DNA of 64,000 nucleotides from Oculina patagonica (Eukaryota): NCBI RefSeq assembly GCF_052425735.1, contig NC_135769.1, positions 9,858,001 to 9,922,000 of the forward strand, read 5' to 3'. Shown piece by piece: positions 49,401 to 62,500 of this stretch (position 1 is its first letter; each line of letters starts with the position of its first letter). The notes under the pieces were generated by a model. It saw only the letters and a program-made list of their open reading frames with translations, ran no database searches and was not told where the DNA came from. The position numbers and the translations under genes were made by a program.

Positions 49401-52400
49401 AAAGTTCGCTGAAATTCGTACCTTCACGAGCTTCGGATCTTGCTCGTAATATTGTGTTGTGCAATATTCAAGAGACTCTTTGCTATAAAATTCTCGTCTT
49501 CAGACATTCATCTTTAGTTCGACTAGTATGATAATCCGGTGAAAATAGCCTGAGAAAAACTTTTGTGGTACTGACAATTCCTAATGTTTACAGTCAGATG
49601 GCATTGCTTAGTCTCTGGTTAGACATCTGATTGGTCAGTTGTGTCGTAATGTAATAAGCTGAAGTCTACCTCAAAGAGATGTGCCAAGATTGAGACCAAA
49701 AACACTTTCTCGAGAATACACTTACGGTCACAGTCACACTGAACTTGTTACTGATACAACTGTGTTAATACCAATTATTATCATTATTTTTGGTTTTTTT
49801 TTTCAGGCAAATGGGGTGGCGGATGCAAAAAGCCTATCACTTTAACGCGTAGGAAGAAAACGCTACCCGACGCTGACAGACAAGTTTCTGGCCAGCCTTT
49901 AATGTTCAGTAAGAGTGTGTTTAACTTGAGAAAGCTCAGCGAAATGCCGTTTCACCTCATTCACTCCGGTCTCACCGATAGACTGGCCAGTGAAGTCCTT
50001 TTTAATTTCGAGTGGATCTACGGCAAAGTTCGCGGCCAGTCTTTAAACGAAGTTTTGGAGGATTACTTTCTTGCTCTGGAAGTAAAACCAGAACTCGATG
50101 TGAGGTAGGAAATTGTTTAAACCGTAAAAATATTCTACTTTTGTTCACTAAAAACAGACAGAAGGCTTTTCGCTTGTTGCTGATCAGCATTTATTGTGCT
50201 CTTTTCGCGGTAACAAATTCTTAAATGACTGCATGTCCTTTTTCAAGCGTTCATGCATGTACGCAGCTTTATAAGTCAGTTCACTGAGCTTTGCACTGGT
50301 AACAAAGAGGTTCTGGCTTAAAATCTTGTTGAAGTCTTCACAACCGTACTTCAATAATGTAGTTTGCTGGCGGGATTTTAAGTTATTTCTTCAATTTAAT
50401 ACTAATACTGTTATGATTAAATTATGTTAGGTTGATCTGTGATACTCTTATCCTGGCATCGAGTAACATCAAACACGATGTAGACTGCCTGGCTACTCAA
50501 CTTTTGGGAAGACTTCTCGCCTTTAGAGAGCAGTTTCCACGAATTGACGGTCTTGTCACACAGTGTTACCGCTGGTGTCATGCACAGCAGTCTCCTGTCT
50601 TTATCCCCCAATCGGCGTGTCTAATCTCCGCTGGCGGACCGCTGAAAACCAATCTTCGCGGGCACGAGCAAAGAGTGAACGAGATTGCAGTCACAAGTGA
50701 CGATAAATTCATTGTCACCTCAGGCGAGGACTCGCTAATTAACGTGTGGAACAGCACCAATCTAGATTGCCTTCACACCCTCAAGATGGCCGACAAGGGA
50801 CCAAGCTGTCTCGCTTTGACTCCAGATGATAAATACGTCATTGGTTCTGCCAACGCTAGCCTAGGAGTGTGGGACATCGATTCTGGAGAAGTTGTACAGC
50901 GGTTTGACAATGACGGGTTGGTCACGTGCCTGGCGGCATCTTCTGATGGGGTTTATGTTGTGAGTGGCGGAGAAGATGGCGTCGCTAGGGTGTGGCATAC
51001 ATTAACCGGAACGAAGGAGAAGACATTCAGTGGCCATGAAGGTACGTAGACTTGCACTGGGGAAAATCTGTTCACATAATTTTTTAAGATTTAATTTCTT
51101 AATGTATGTCATTACAAACGGATTCAACATGAAATATGTCGGATTTTTAATAAAATAGCTTCTAACATAAATTAATTTCAAGTTTGTCTATATCGCAGTC
51201 GGTTTCCATCTGCACTTTCCTCACTTTTGTAACGAGTTCCTGTCGTTTTTCGCGTACTGCTCTATAAAATCAAGCCAATATTTTTCTTGATATTTTAATT
51301 TCCTTGGTTCTTTTTTAGTTTCTCGAGATTACACTATAAATAGATAACGCAAGGTCGATCTCTTGATCTTGTCTGTTGCCATAACTTGTATTCTTGGTTT
51401 CTAACAAGAAGCACTTTGGTTGAAATATAACGTTTCTAACATTTATCGAAGTGCATACATTAGGGATACAAGCTGCCAGAGCAGTCTAGGAAATTATAAA
51501 ACGTTAAGTTATCTTGACATTCGTCAGCCATAAAGGACGTTCAAGAGAGCTCGCATTATTTTAGAGATGGTTCGAGCGTCAAGGTTTACTTTCGGGGGTT
51601 TGCTGTATCGTATACATCTTAAATAAAAGCGTGAACTTTGTCATGAAATACAAGGTAATTTGTTTCGCTAACAAACTGTCAGATTATTCGATCCAAAGAG
51701 TGGGTTGAATAAGGATCAAAAATTGTTTTCGCGAATCTTTGAACTGTGAAATATTTTGTTATTCGTGGAATTTTTAGGCTTTTTGGCCTCGAAATTATTG
51801 TTAGTTTTAAAGTTAATTTTGAATGTTATAAGCCCGGGAATAAGCTTGCGTGTTGTCACCACGAATAATGTGTTATTTGTTATTTCCGCTTGGTGTTATT
51901 CAGTTCCGCGCGCTAGGTAATATATTCGACTTGAACTTATGAATTAATATTTTTAGGACGCAACGGTGTCACACAACAAGAAATTCCGCAGCAAACAATG
52001 TGATGAAGTACATGACACAGTAAAAAAGAAGCCTAATTGTACAGTCCATCGGCATCAATAATTCAAGGCGACAAAAAGACTCCACTAATCCTAGATTATT
52101 GCTGTAAAACAAATTATAAAAAGGCGGGGGCAGCTTTATAGTGAGAACTATCACTAGTTGTATGACTTTAGAAAGTAAGTTATCTCGTCAGATAAACGGA
52201 TGGCTCTTGTATTTAACTTGATTTTTGGCGCGGTTTGAAATTGGAATTCCATACGTGTAACAAATCATGTGTCGTTTTAAAGATCTAACTTTATTCAATT
52301 AAAAACATTATAAGCTACATGCTTATATACTTGTTTTTAAACAACTTAGGGCCAATCAACGCCATCGTTGTATCACCAAATGGAGACATAATCAGCGGCT

Positions 52401-55400
52401 CAAAGGACAGCACAGTTCGTGTCTGGTCGCTTACTACAGAAGAATGTCAAGCTGTGTTTGAGGGCCATGCAAGCTCTGTTCTCTGCCTGGTGTTGACACG
52501 TGATGGCGAGAGTGTTGTATCCGGCTCGGAAGACAAGACTGTCAAAGCCTGGCATCTGAAAACAAAGAACTGCGCTACCCTAAAAGGCCATGGAGGTAAG
52601 ATAAGAAAACTAGAGCCACTCTCAATTTGGAAATGTGTCCGAAAATTGACTTAGCTTGTGACTGTTTTGTCAGTAAGGTTGCTAAGCAATATGACGTACC
52701 TTATGGCGTCATGCTGACTTCATATCCATATGCTGTTATGATTTCATTGAAGCAATGGAAGCGGCTTCGAGTTCTTCAATGAAAATTTTCTTAAAAACTA
52801 AACGATATTTGTATTCGTGACGCAAGAAATCAGGGGTAAAGTGCCTATACTAAATGACTTGTTCTCGTGTTTGGTAGTGACATAATGGTACATACATATT
52901 AATGGGATCTTTTGTTATATGGATTATGAAATGCTGCCAAACTATTTAACGACAAAAATAAAATTGTTTTTTAAAGTTCCTTAACGGAAACTAAAGAGAT
53001 CGATACTGCTTAGTTTTAGTTACAATACCCACATGTCTTACAATGTTGCCACAAATTGTCGATTAACCCTCTGACGTACAAGGGGGGGGGGGGGTGGATG
53101 CCACCCCCCCATAAGGTTTCTTCCAAATTTTGAAAAGAGGATTTTATCTACAATGCTGAAACTTTCAGTAGCTGTTAATTCATCCTTTACGGAAATTTTA
53201 ATATGTCAACCATGTGTCCATGATATTTGACGTTGCCATGGCAACGTCATAAATACAGGCAGGTCTTGCCAAAAATCGACATTTTTAACATTTTTCTTTA
53301 TTTTTTCCAGTTTTTTGAAACAGAAGTGCAAGATTTGTTTATTTTTACATTCCATAAGCATTCTGGCTTGATTTTGCATCAATTTCCGTTATTTTGTAAC
53401 TTTCTAAGAAAATGTTGAAATCCAAGATGGCGGATCCAAGATGGCGGCTCAAATGACGTCACGTGACGTCATAGGACGTCACAGCCAATTAAAATTATGT
53501 CATCTTGTAGAGTAAGCAAAGGGCTTTCTTATCAGTGTAAAATAATCTCGCTACGCCTTAATATAACGAAAACTCCGGGGAGGGGTTCCATCCACCCCCC
53601 CCCCCCCCCTTGTACGATGGTGGGGGTGTGAGTTTGCTTGTACGTCCGAGGGTTAAAGGTTTTTTATATAATAGAAAAGCTATGCCACGATATTCAAATC
53701 GATTTTTTTTCATGTACTGAATAACTGTACTTTTAAGTTAAATGAAACTTGAAAAATAAGACTAAACAACCTCAGTCATGACAAATAAATGAAATGAGAC
53801 ACTGTGAATCCTGGCCACTGAAAAAAATTCAGTGGTGAATTTTTTTTCAGTGGCCAGGATTCACAGTGTCTCATTTCATTTATTTGTCAAGACTAAACAA
53901 GGACGGTTACAACTGTGGAAGATAACGACAGATAACGAGTAACAAATTGTCCGTGACGTAACTCTTTTAAATGAATGAAGTGATTCCCTGCAAATCCTGG
54001 CCACTGAAAAAAATTCAGTGGCTCAGGTGGTACTCAAACCCACGATCTTCGGGACTTGCATGGATTACATGGATTTGCAGTTTATCACTTCATTCGTTTG
54101 TTCGAATGAGGATGGTTCTAAACTAGCTCTTTAAAGTGCATGAAATTAGACCGTCCGTCATCGGATAAACAGAGCCTGGTTCTCACCAAACGTAATCACT
54201 ACATTCATACCCCCTTTCTTTCGTAACCTCGAATGAGTGGGAACTTTGACTGTGTTGCATGCAAAGCGTCATGGGGTTGTAAGAGACATAAATGTTATCT
54301 TTTTGCAGGTTTGGTCAAGTGTTTTGCCGCTATGCATGATGGTCGGCGAATAGTGTCTGGATCGAAAGACCAGTCATTGAAGATCTGGGATCTCGTCACT
54401 CTTCAATGTTGCGTGACTTTAAAGGGTCACACCGACCTTATTTGGCGCGTGGCCGTTGCCTCAGATGACAGTTTTGTCGTGTCAGCCTCAAAGGACGACA
54501 TGTTAAAAGTGAGTCTTCTTTTTACCTACTTCTTGGCTCATTATTCTGATTTCAGCTGTTTTCCATGCAGGTTCTCACTTCCGAGATTGGTGTGCTGAGG
54601 TTTATACTAATTTTAACCTCATGCTAATCTCTGCAAAACTAGTGTTCTTGGTGCCCCTTATTTTGTACAGGGTACACTTCTGTATGTGATATTCCCAGCT
54701 CTCTTTACGAAAAGGATAGATGGATAGAGCGTTTTCATATGACATCCGGCAGCCATATTGGGAAAGAAACGGGGCCAAGACGGCAGCCATATTGGTGTAC
54801 CAAACCAGTCCTCCGGGAGGTGAACTTTATTTTTATGCAAACCTCATCTTTTGTTTCAGTAAACCAATATGAACACTGGTCACGCGAGTGAAAAAGCTCT
54901 CTAGTGAGGAATAAGGAAAAATTATTTCAAATGATGTATGACAATCTTCTTGCAATGACTCTATAGATTATAAGATCATTAAATCCCCCTTTAAACAGAA
55001 AGAAGCAAAACTTTGTTATGCTTCCCTTTGGCCATTTTATCGGTAGTTTTAATTTCTGAAAAACAGAGGTGACACGGATGGCTGTGTGCACACCACACAA
55101 CAGTGTCGCCGGGGTCTAGCACGACCTGTTGATAAATGGATCGTTGCTTCCCACCGAGGGGTTTTGTCTTCAGGTTCCCGGGTTTTTCTTCCCACCTCAA
55201 AACCATCATTTCCAAATTGAATACTGTAAATATCTTAGAATAGGTGACGAGAGCCATGTGCATGTTTCACTAAAATCTCCGTGTTACTTTTATAATCTTA
55301 TTGTCGTTTTCCATTTTTTATTTCGATAGGTCTGGAATCCAGTCACAGGTGAATGCCAACAGACCTTGATTGGCCACTCATCCTGGATCTCCTGTGTTTC

Positions 55401-56649
55401 CATAACAACCGATTGCAAGACGATCATTTCTGGTTCAAATGACAAAAACGTCAAACTTTGGAATGCTACTGGAAATGAGCATGCTCGAAACATCTCAACA
55501 CCGAGTGATCACATCCTCCATCACGCTACACAGCCTGAGTGTGTCGCCATAACAAGGGACGGGCGCTGGGGGCTGTCTGGGTCTAAAAGCGATTCTTTGA
55601 AGCTGTGGGATATCGCTAGCGCCAAATGCGTCAAAAGTAGCCCTGGCTCAGTTGCATGTATTGCTGCTATGCACAGATCCACACAAGTGGCCACTGGTTC
55701 GCACAATGGAGACATTACAGTCTGGAACTGTGATAATTTGGAAACGCAGCAAACTTTTAAAGCTCACCAAGGCAGTATAATGGCGCTTCAAGTCTCCAAA
55801 GATGACAGTTTCATTATTTCAGCCTCTAGTGACAAGAGCGTGGGGTTGTGCCAGGTTCATGAAGGTCATTCAGAGCAGCTTGTTGGCCACTCGGATGCCG
55901 TTGTGTGCGTGTCTCTTATGAATGGAGAGGATCATGCGATCTCGGGCTCCAAAGATAAAACTGTTCGACTGTGGAATTTGAAAACGAAGAGCTGCGAAAG
56001 GATATTTGAAGGACACACTGGCCTTGTTGGTTGTCTGGCAGCAACTAGCAACAGTGAGGTCATAGTGTCGGGCTCGGGGGATTTTACAATCAAAGTTTGG
56101 AGTACTGAAAAAGGAGAGTGCCTGCATACTTTAATGGGACATAACGACTCAATCAAGTGCATAGGAATCACCGAAGACAACCAGTTTGCAATTGCTGGCT
56201 CCCACGAAGGAAAGAACCAACTTCTATTATGGAACCTTAAGGATGGGGGCTGTGCTCGCAAGTTCACTGGACACACACACGCAGTGATGCACCTCAAGGT
56301 CCTTCCACATGATATGATGATCACGAGCTCGCGTGATGGAACCATAAAATTGTGGAACACCCAAAGTGGAGAGCTGCTCGCCTCTTTCGATTTTCAGTCG
56401 CAAGTCAAGTACTTTGACGCCCATCCGGTTGACGATGGTTACTCACTAATCCTGGTCACCAAGTCTGGTACGGTGTCCATTCTAAAGCTTCGTATCTCCA
56501 AACAGAAAATTGAAGAAAGTTTCTCGTCTATAAAGAGTGCTACTCCAGCGAATGAAGAAAGCTCTGCTGCCAAAGAAACACCTTCCGAAGGTGGTTGCTG
56601 TTCCAATTGTCATTGCTGTAACTGTTGCCAAAACTGCACTTTGATGTGA
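43459..56649 (+). CDS. NACHT and WD-repeat protein (NWD1/NWD2-like STAND NTPase with N-terminal DUF4062), 10 exons: 43459-43558, 44837-45039, 45460-45600, 46302-46524, 47307-48875, 49807-50104, 50431-51041, 52350-52595, 54309-54508, 55330-56649 (~1636 aa)
   Basis: All introns GT-AG and in phase (4911 nt). VRIFTSSTFTD...ERNRLM...VVDMRWGV...LGDKYG (DUF4062), Walker A GSSGSGKTS, Walker B LVLVLDSVD, and many GH...SGS.D..VK.W WD40 repeats. Confidence 0.93.
53067..53652. mobile_element. piggyBac-like MITE
   Basis: TTAA|CCCTCTGACGTACAAG ... CTTGTACGTCCGAGGG|TTAA. Confidence 0.85.
53770..53888. mobile_element. Second, 5'-inverted insertion of the 29350-29672 element; related tRNA-like fragment at 53994-54060 (-)
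   Basis: 12-bp TSD AAGACTAAACAA (53758-53769 / 53889-53900). Both arms match 29621-29672 almost exactly. Confidence 0.85.
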
Positions 56650-57400
56650 CTAATCAAACTGGTTAATGACTATAAAGTCTGTAAAGTTTAGCTGTGATTT
56701 GACTCCAAATCTCATCAACAAAACATTTTGCTTTCAATGTGAGCAATTATCCTGTAGAGTGGAACAAGTAAAGATTATATATGTTTCCAACGACTTTTTA
56801 AACTGTATCCAAGTATTATTTTTGGCGCACGAATGTTACTGAGCAGACTCGTTCTTGAATAAAATTTATTATTAAAAGTAGCAAAATAATAGATTTAACA
56901 AAGGTGTTTTTAAATTTGCTTCAGAAAAAGTTACATGCACGAAATTAATCATACAGCTCAATTTTCTGTCTCACTTGTCCTATTTTGAAGCGACATCCGA
57001 TCAATTTATAGTCTCCTTAGCAGCCGTTATTTGAAGTGACCCAAATAAGGGCTGGGAATCGAGGGAGACTAATAAATATGTAAAACTTTTTGTTCAAAGC
57101 ACAAGTGTCTTACAAGCTAGCCTACGAGTGGTCGGCTTTGGGGGTTTATTAAATTGATTAGACTGTTTTACTGTAAAAAATAAATCATATGGCAGTCATA
57201 GCCGCATGTATCACCCCGTGATTTATTCCCTGAATGCTACATTACGTTACACGTCACATTCTCGATCATAACCATATCTGCGGGTTAATGATTTTAGCTC
57301 AGAGACGGTGTTTTGCTTACAAACGCACATGACGCATATTTGTGTTTCTGTAGCTGTTGGAGTAACATGAAGTGGCTAAGAGTATCGATACTTCCTTTGT

Positions 57401-57700
57401 AAGCTATCGATACCACAGCCGCGCACTAATTTCTGTAAACGAAGTTTTAGCTATAGCGGGGCTGTGTTGTGGAATAGCTTAACGAATGAAATAAAACCAT
57501 CCATTTAAAAACAAATTGAAAAACCAACGATCGGATCACCTTGCAATTTAAATTTTGTATACACGGCATCCTTTGTAAAGCAGGTTTTTTTTTTACTAGT
57601 ATTTAGCCTTTCTTAGTTAGTGTAGTTAGTGTTTTTATCCTTTGTTTTAAATCTGTAATTTTTTACCTGAATGGAATAACCGTGTTTTTTCAATAAAGTA
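57401..57700 (+). mobile_element. 5'-truncated LINE 3' end (CR1/L2-like)
   Basis: Translates KLSIPQPRTNFCKRSFSYSGAVLWNSLTNEIK, a typical ORF2 C-terminus, followed by a 3' UTR ending AATAAA. Confidence 0.7.
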
Positions 57701-59544
57701 TTACCCACCTAGCATTACCCTAGATAAGTGCTTATCCATCGCAAATCACCACGAAACATTTTCCACGTTGCCATATCGCTTCGCGGGTACCAATTTATTC
57801 TCCTGCGAGACAAGATGCAATGTGAGAGAAAGTACGCAACGCTATAACCCCAACCAGGGATGCAACTCGAAGGCTTTTAACCATAAGGCCATCGTGCCAC
57901 TCTTCTAGCGATCTTAGGCTGTCGAGTCAACACAAAGATGTACATTTTGCCTTAATGCATTCAAGTGTATTACATTATGACAGGGCCATCGTATTTCGTA
58001 ACATTTGACATGCGTGGAGCACATTACAAACTGAAAAACTTGAAAAAATCAGCCTGATTTTGTCAAGATGAGATTTAAGTTCCTGATGGCATCACAATGA
58101 TATGACTTGTTTATAGCTTCAGTGGGATATTTGCAAGGTCTTGCAAAGTAAATTTTAACAGAACTGGACCACTATTTGTAGGCTTCTATACGTCGTTAGG
58201 TTCTTGAATTTTTTTAAGTGAAGCTCGTGAGAGTGTCCCTTTAAGAAGGCACGACTTCAGTAATAGAGCGGAACTCTATCTTATAATTACTGCAACCGGG
58301 AGAGGGGAAGGTGTTGCAACCACCTTTCTTGGCCAAAACAAATGAAGATATTTTTTGTCTGAAATCCCTTAAACTTTGATGCGATGATCACCTTAATGGC
58401 TTTTGCGACCAACAACCATAATTATAGAATTCTCAACCTTAATTGTCTTTATAAATTTACTGAAGTAATACGACCACTCAAAATACCTAATGAGTTAAGT
58501 AACAAAATCTAAACAAGAACTAAAATTGAAGTTGTATCAGTTGTGTTCACTATGTTAAGGAAAGGAGTGGATGGGGGATCCTGAAAAGAAATCATGCAGT
58601 TTCTTTGAGCACTTATTTCTTTAACCACTGTTGCGAGCTGTTTCGATTGGGCGACCGGAAAATCTTGCGACATGTCGAGTCAGTTTTCAATTTCTTTATC
58701 GTCCGGTCTTTGGGTAAAGGATACCGATCTTCACGTCAGCTTTTCAAATAAAAAAAGACGATTAACGTAATTTACCAATTTACAGGAGCTACGTCACAGA
58801 CAACATGTTTTGAAAAAAAAAAATGGCCAAGTTTTTCAAAACTGTCATTCAAAATTTGTCTTAATCTTTATCAGTCGGAGCCATTCTTGGTTATTTTCGC
58901 CTTTTTATTACTCCTTTGTTGTTTTTCTATGTTAAAAAATGAAACTATTATTTTGAGGTTTCTTTCAATTTGAAAGGAATAAAAAAATGACTTCGTATAC
59001 TGTGACATTGCTCCTTAAAGTTAAAAATAACATAAGTTGAACATTGCTTCATTCCCTTAATTAACACCGAACGGATTATCTTTCGACACAAATCCATTGA
59101 TGTCAGAAATTGGTTTGTTACACAATTCCTAGCGTACCTTGTACCTCTTTTCCACAATGTTTTTAGAAGGTGATGAATCGTTTAAATATGGTAAAAGGTT
59201 TATGGATGGATAGAGCAGCTGCTTATACACGAGAGATCCTTTGTTTTTGGAAAAAAGTGTAGTCAATGCCTGCTGAAAAAACATCTTTTCATTCGAGACT
59301 ATCCACAAAAAGCTTTTTCAGTGCTCTCTCAGAAATGACGCAATGATTCTTCTTCAGAGATAATAGTAGTCATTAACAGAAAATGTTTACGTCACCGATC
59401 TTTCATTTGTTGCGTTCACGTGAGAGTAAGTGAGGGTGTAAAGAACTCAAGATCCCTTTATATGAGTTATCGTCGAGGTTGAAATTAGTCACTTTGTGGT
59501 TGTTACTCTGGAAAGGATTTGTTGTTTTGAAACGAGCTTCCAAA

Positions 59545-62500
59545 ATGAATCGCTACTGCTTAATTTTTGCTATCCTATCATCTGTTTTCGGAATGAGCCT
59601 TTGTGAAGAACAGACAACTTTTACCAGGTAGGTGGAATGGGATGAAATATCTTTTTCAACTTCTCATTACTGACCAACGATTCGTGCCGGTTTCCCGGAA
59701 GCAGAAGGGGAAAAATGCAATCCAAATTTCTAAAGAATGGGTTGACATCTAGGTGATAGCGTTTTTATCGAACAATATGTGTATTTTATTATTTCACCAA
59801 ACGCATTTGACTGCATCGCCGGCGCGCCTCCCAATATGTCAAAGCAGACTTGACGGAGTTAAGTCAAAGAATAAGGAGCGCTTTCCATTTATATGGAAAA
59901 ACCGATGGTAATTTTTAACAATGAAACAGTACAATTTTTCAACAAACACAATGGTACGGGACGGGGTAACATATCCGGAAAGGATCGTTCCATTTGATTT
60001 CCTACCGGAACATCCGCGTATTTTATCGAGGAAAATGGTGCAAAGAAGCAAAATGGTATAGTGATGGTCCGAGCATTACGGTAAAACTAGAAAAGAAGAA
60101 TACCCAAGAAGATATTCTATTTTTCTTAAATTTCCTGTGGGAAGGGCCGTTTCATTTGTTTATTTTTTTTTTACCGGAAAATTGGTTTCTCCGTACACAT
60201 GAAAAGCGCCCGATATAAATTTCAGTTAATTCAAATTGTTGCGGGAACTTCGCTTCACAACAAAATCGTTCTAAAAGTTGACTTCGAAGGCAGTTAAAAA
60301 GTAAAAGACAAGTTAACTGTACAAAATTACGTGATGTCAACTAATAAATTTCTAAGTAAATTGGTTAGAACCGCCTTTTCATGTAAATTTAATATCTCGT
60401 GTTTGCTTATGCCTGATCTATGTGTCAAAGTTGCATTCGACAAGACAAATTGCTACCTGAAGGAATATTTGTTGAACCTAGCTAAGCCTTATAACTAAGC
60501 CTTACAACAAAAGATTTAACGTTTTTAATTTTTGAATGCTAGATGTGAACTGTTTTCCTTTATTTCTTCTTCAGTAAAAAAGACTTAGGTAACCTTTGTC
60601 AAGACATATGGAACTCAGCTGGAAATAATCTTAAAATTGGAAAAGAGATAATTATCTATACCGGGACGAAGTCGAAACCTCTTATTACGTTGACGAGGCA
60701 AGGAAAAGCAAAAGTGCGAAGGGAAGTCTTCGTTAGATTTAAAGGTGAGGTGTTCGAGGTTCTTTTGTTTGGACTTTATTTTTTAATACTCTTAAATGTG
60801 TTGGAGGTTGACGCCAAGATATCATTTTGGAAAGATTGAAGACAAGGTGGCAACAAACGAGAAAAGACTAAGACAAAATAAAATAACAAATATTTGAAGT
60901 TTTTCTTTGTTTCTCGACTCGTTGATTCAATTCAATAATTTAGTACGATTCTCTTATTAAATTTTAGTGTCATCCCTGATTATAACCTGGAATCACGAAA
61001 TATTTTTTTGAGAAACAAATTTATTTAATATATAATAGAAGTTTTAGTTTCAAATAAATAAAGAAAAAAATTGATTTGAGTTTTTGCCTCATCAAGAAGA
61101 TCGTTAGTGACTCCTTTGGCTTTGAGAATTTTTTTTTATAATTTACAGTGAACGATGACCCAAAGTCTTTAAGGCTTTTGTTTAACTATCTAACGTGCAA
61201 ACAATTAAAAAGTCGCTTTTGTGAAATGCATTTGAGAATTAAACGAGAAAGATGATTTACCCCGTCCATGTCAGGAAAGTGTGTACTTTGTCACAAATAA
61301 ATGCTTTTCCAATAGTACCGCCATATCTATCACTCATTGACTTGTTCTATTGCTCTTTCTAAAGCTCTGTTAGACAATTACGAGGCAGACGAAAATATAC
61401 CCGAGAAGCCTTCTGCTAGCGAACAACTGGAAGAAGATGCCTTTATCAACGCCATAACTGTGGATGGAGGACCAATACAAATTGCCTTTAACTATCTCAA
61501 AAGAAAAGGCAAAGTTTCTGGGGTATCGTCTGACATTTTCTTTCTTTTTACGTTTAGGCAAACCATTCCAATCAAGAAGAAGGCCAAAGCTAAGAAGTAG
61601 AATTAATCATAATACAGAATGAATTAGTGTTTTTTATTGCCTGTCTTTCCGACTAAAACTTACCAACTGACCCATGATGCCAAGGCTTTGAATCTGTTTC
61701 CCAGGCCTAGGAATATTTCTACTCCCCTTGGGTTGGATGCCTGCCAATCGCAAACTGTCCCCCCTTTTCTTTTGAGTTCTCTCTCCCCGGGGGGCGGGGG
61801 GGGGGGGGGAAAAAAAGGGGGGGGGGGGGGGGAAAAAAAAAAAAAAAAAAAAAGGGGGGGGGGGGGGGGGGGGGGGCCCCCCCGTTTGAGTTCACTAACA
61901 GATCGCTGACACCCATTCATACTCTTGAGCAGAGAAAGGAACTGAGAAAGCTAATTCTCTTACGGTTTCTATTATTATCAGTGTCTAGATCAATTCAAGC
62001 CAATCCTGAAGAAAATGTGGTTTGAGAAATACGCTAAGTGGGGTCGGCATCCAAAGTCATCTGGCTTTGAACACACATTTGTCGGTAAGTATATTCAATT
62101 CAATCATGGCTAGTGTGTTCGTTTAGTGAAGCACACGTGCTCTGCGAGAAGCTTAGCACTCTTGATACCTTCTTATTATATTGTTTTGTAATGTTATACA
62201 GTCGACCCCGGCCCTATAAGGCAACCACCCATTTATCCAAAGTCCCAAGACTGTTGTCAGTATAATACTGCAAATAACACCCCTATAAAGCGGTCACCTC
62301 TATTAAGCGGCCGCGGCCACCTTTTGGCCATCCCGATGATCGTTCTTTATTTATTTTTGTTCCATTTAGCGGCCAGCAAGAATGTAATTAATATACAATG
62401 TTTGGCTTTGTTTTCAACAAGCTCAGACGGACAAAAGTCTAAAATAAAAAAAGTGACGACTGGTAAAATTATTCAAACACATGTACAAGTTTACAAGTGT

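Noticed and set aside
49515-49745. Possible decayed Penelope terminal-repeat derivative
   Set aside because: Too degenerate; no intact hammerhead core or boundaries could be defined.
50431-56500. HET-E-like hypervariable near-identical WD40 array
   Set aside because: The WD repeats are clearly divergent from one another at DNA and protein level, so there is no sign of concerted repeat shuffling.
61637-61920. Gly/Pro/Lys/Phe homopolymer ORFs and G-quadruplex-like tract
   Set aside because: Runs of G, A and C inside a SINE remnant in an EndoU intron look like low-quality consensus sequence.
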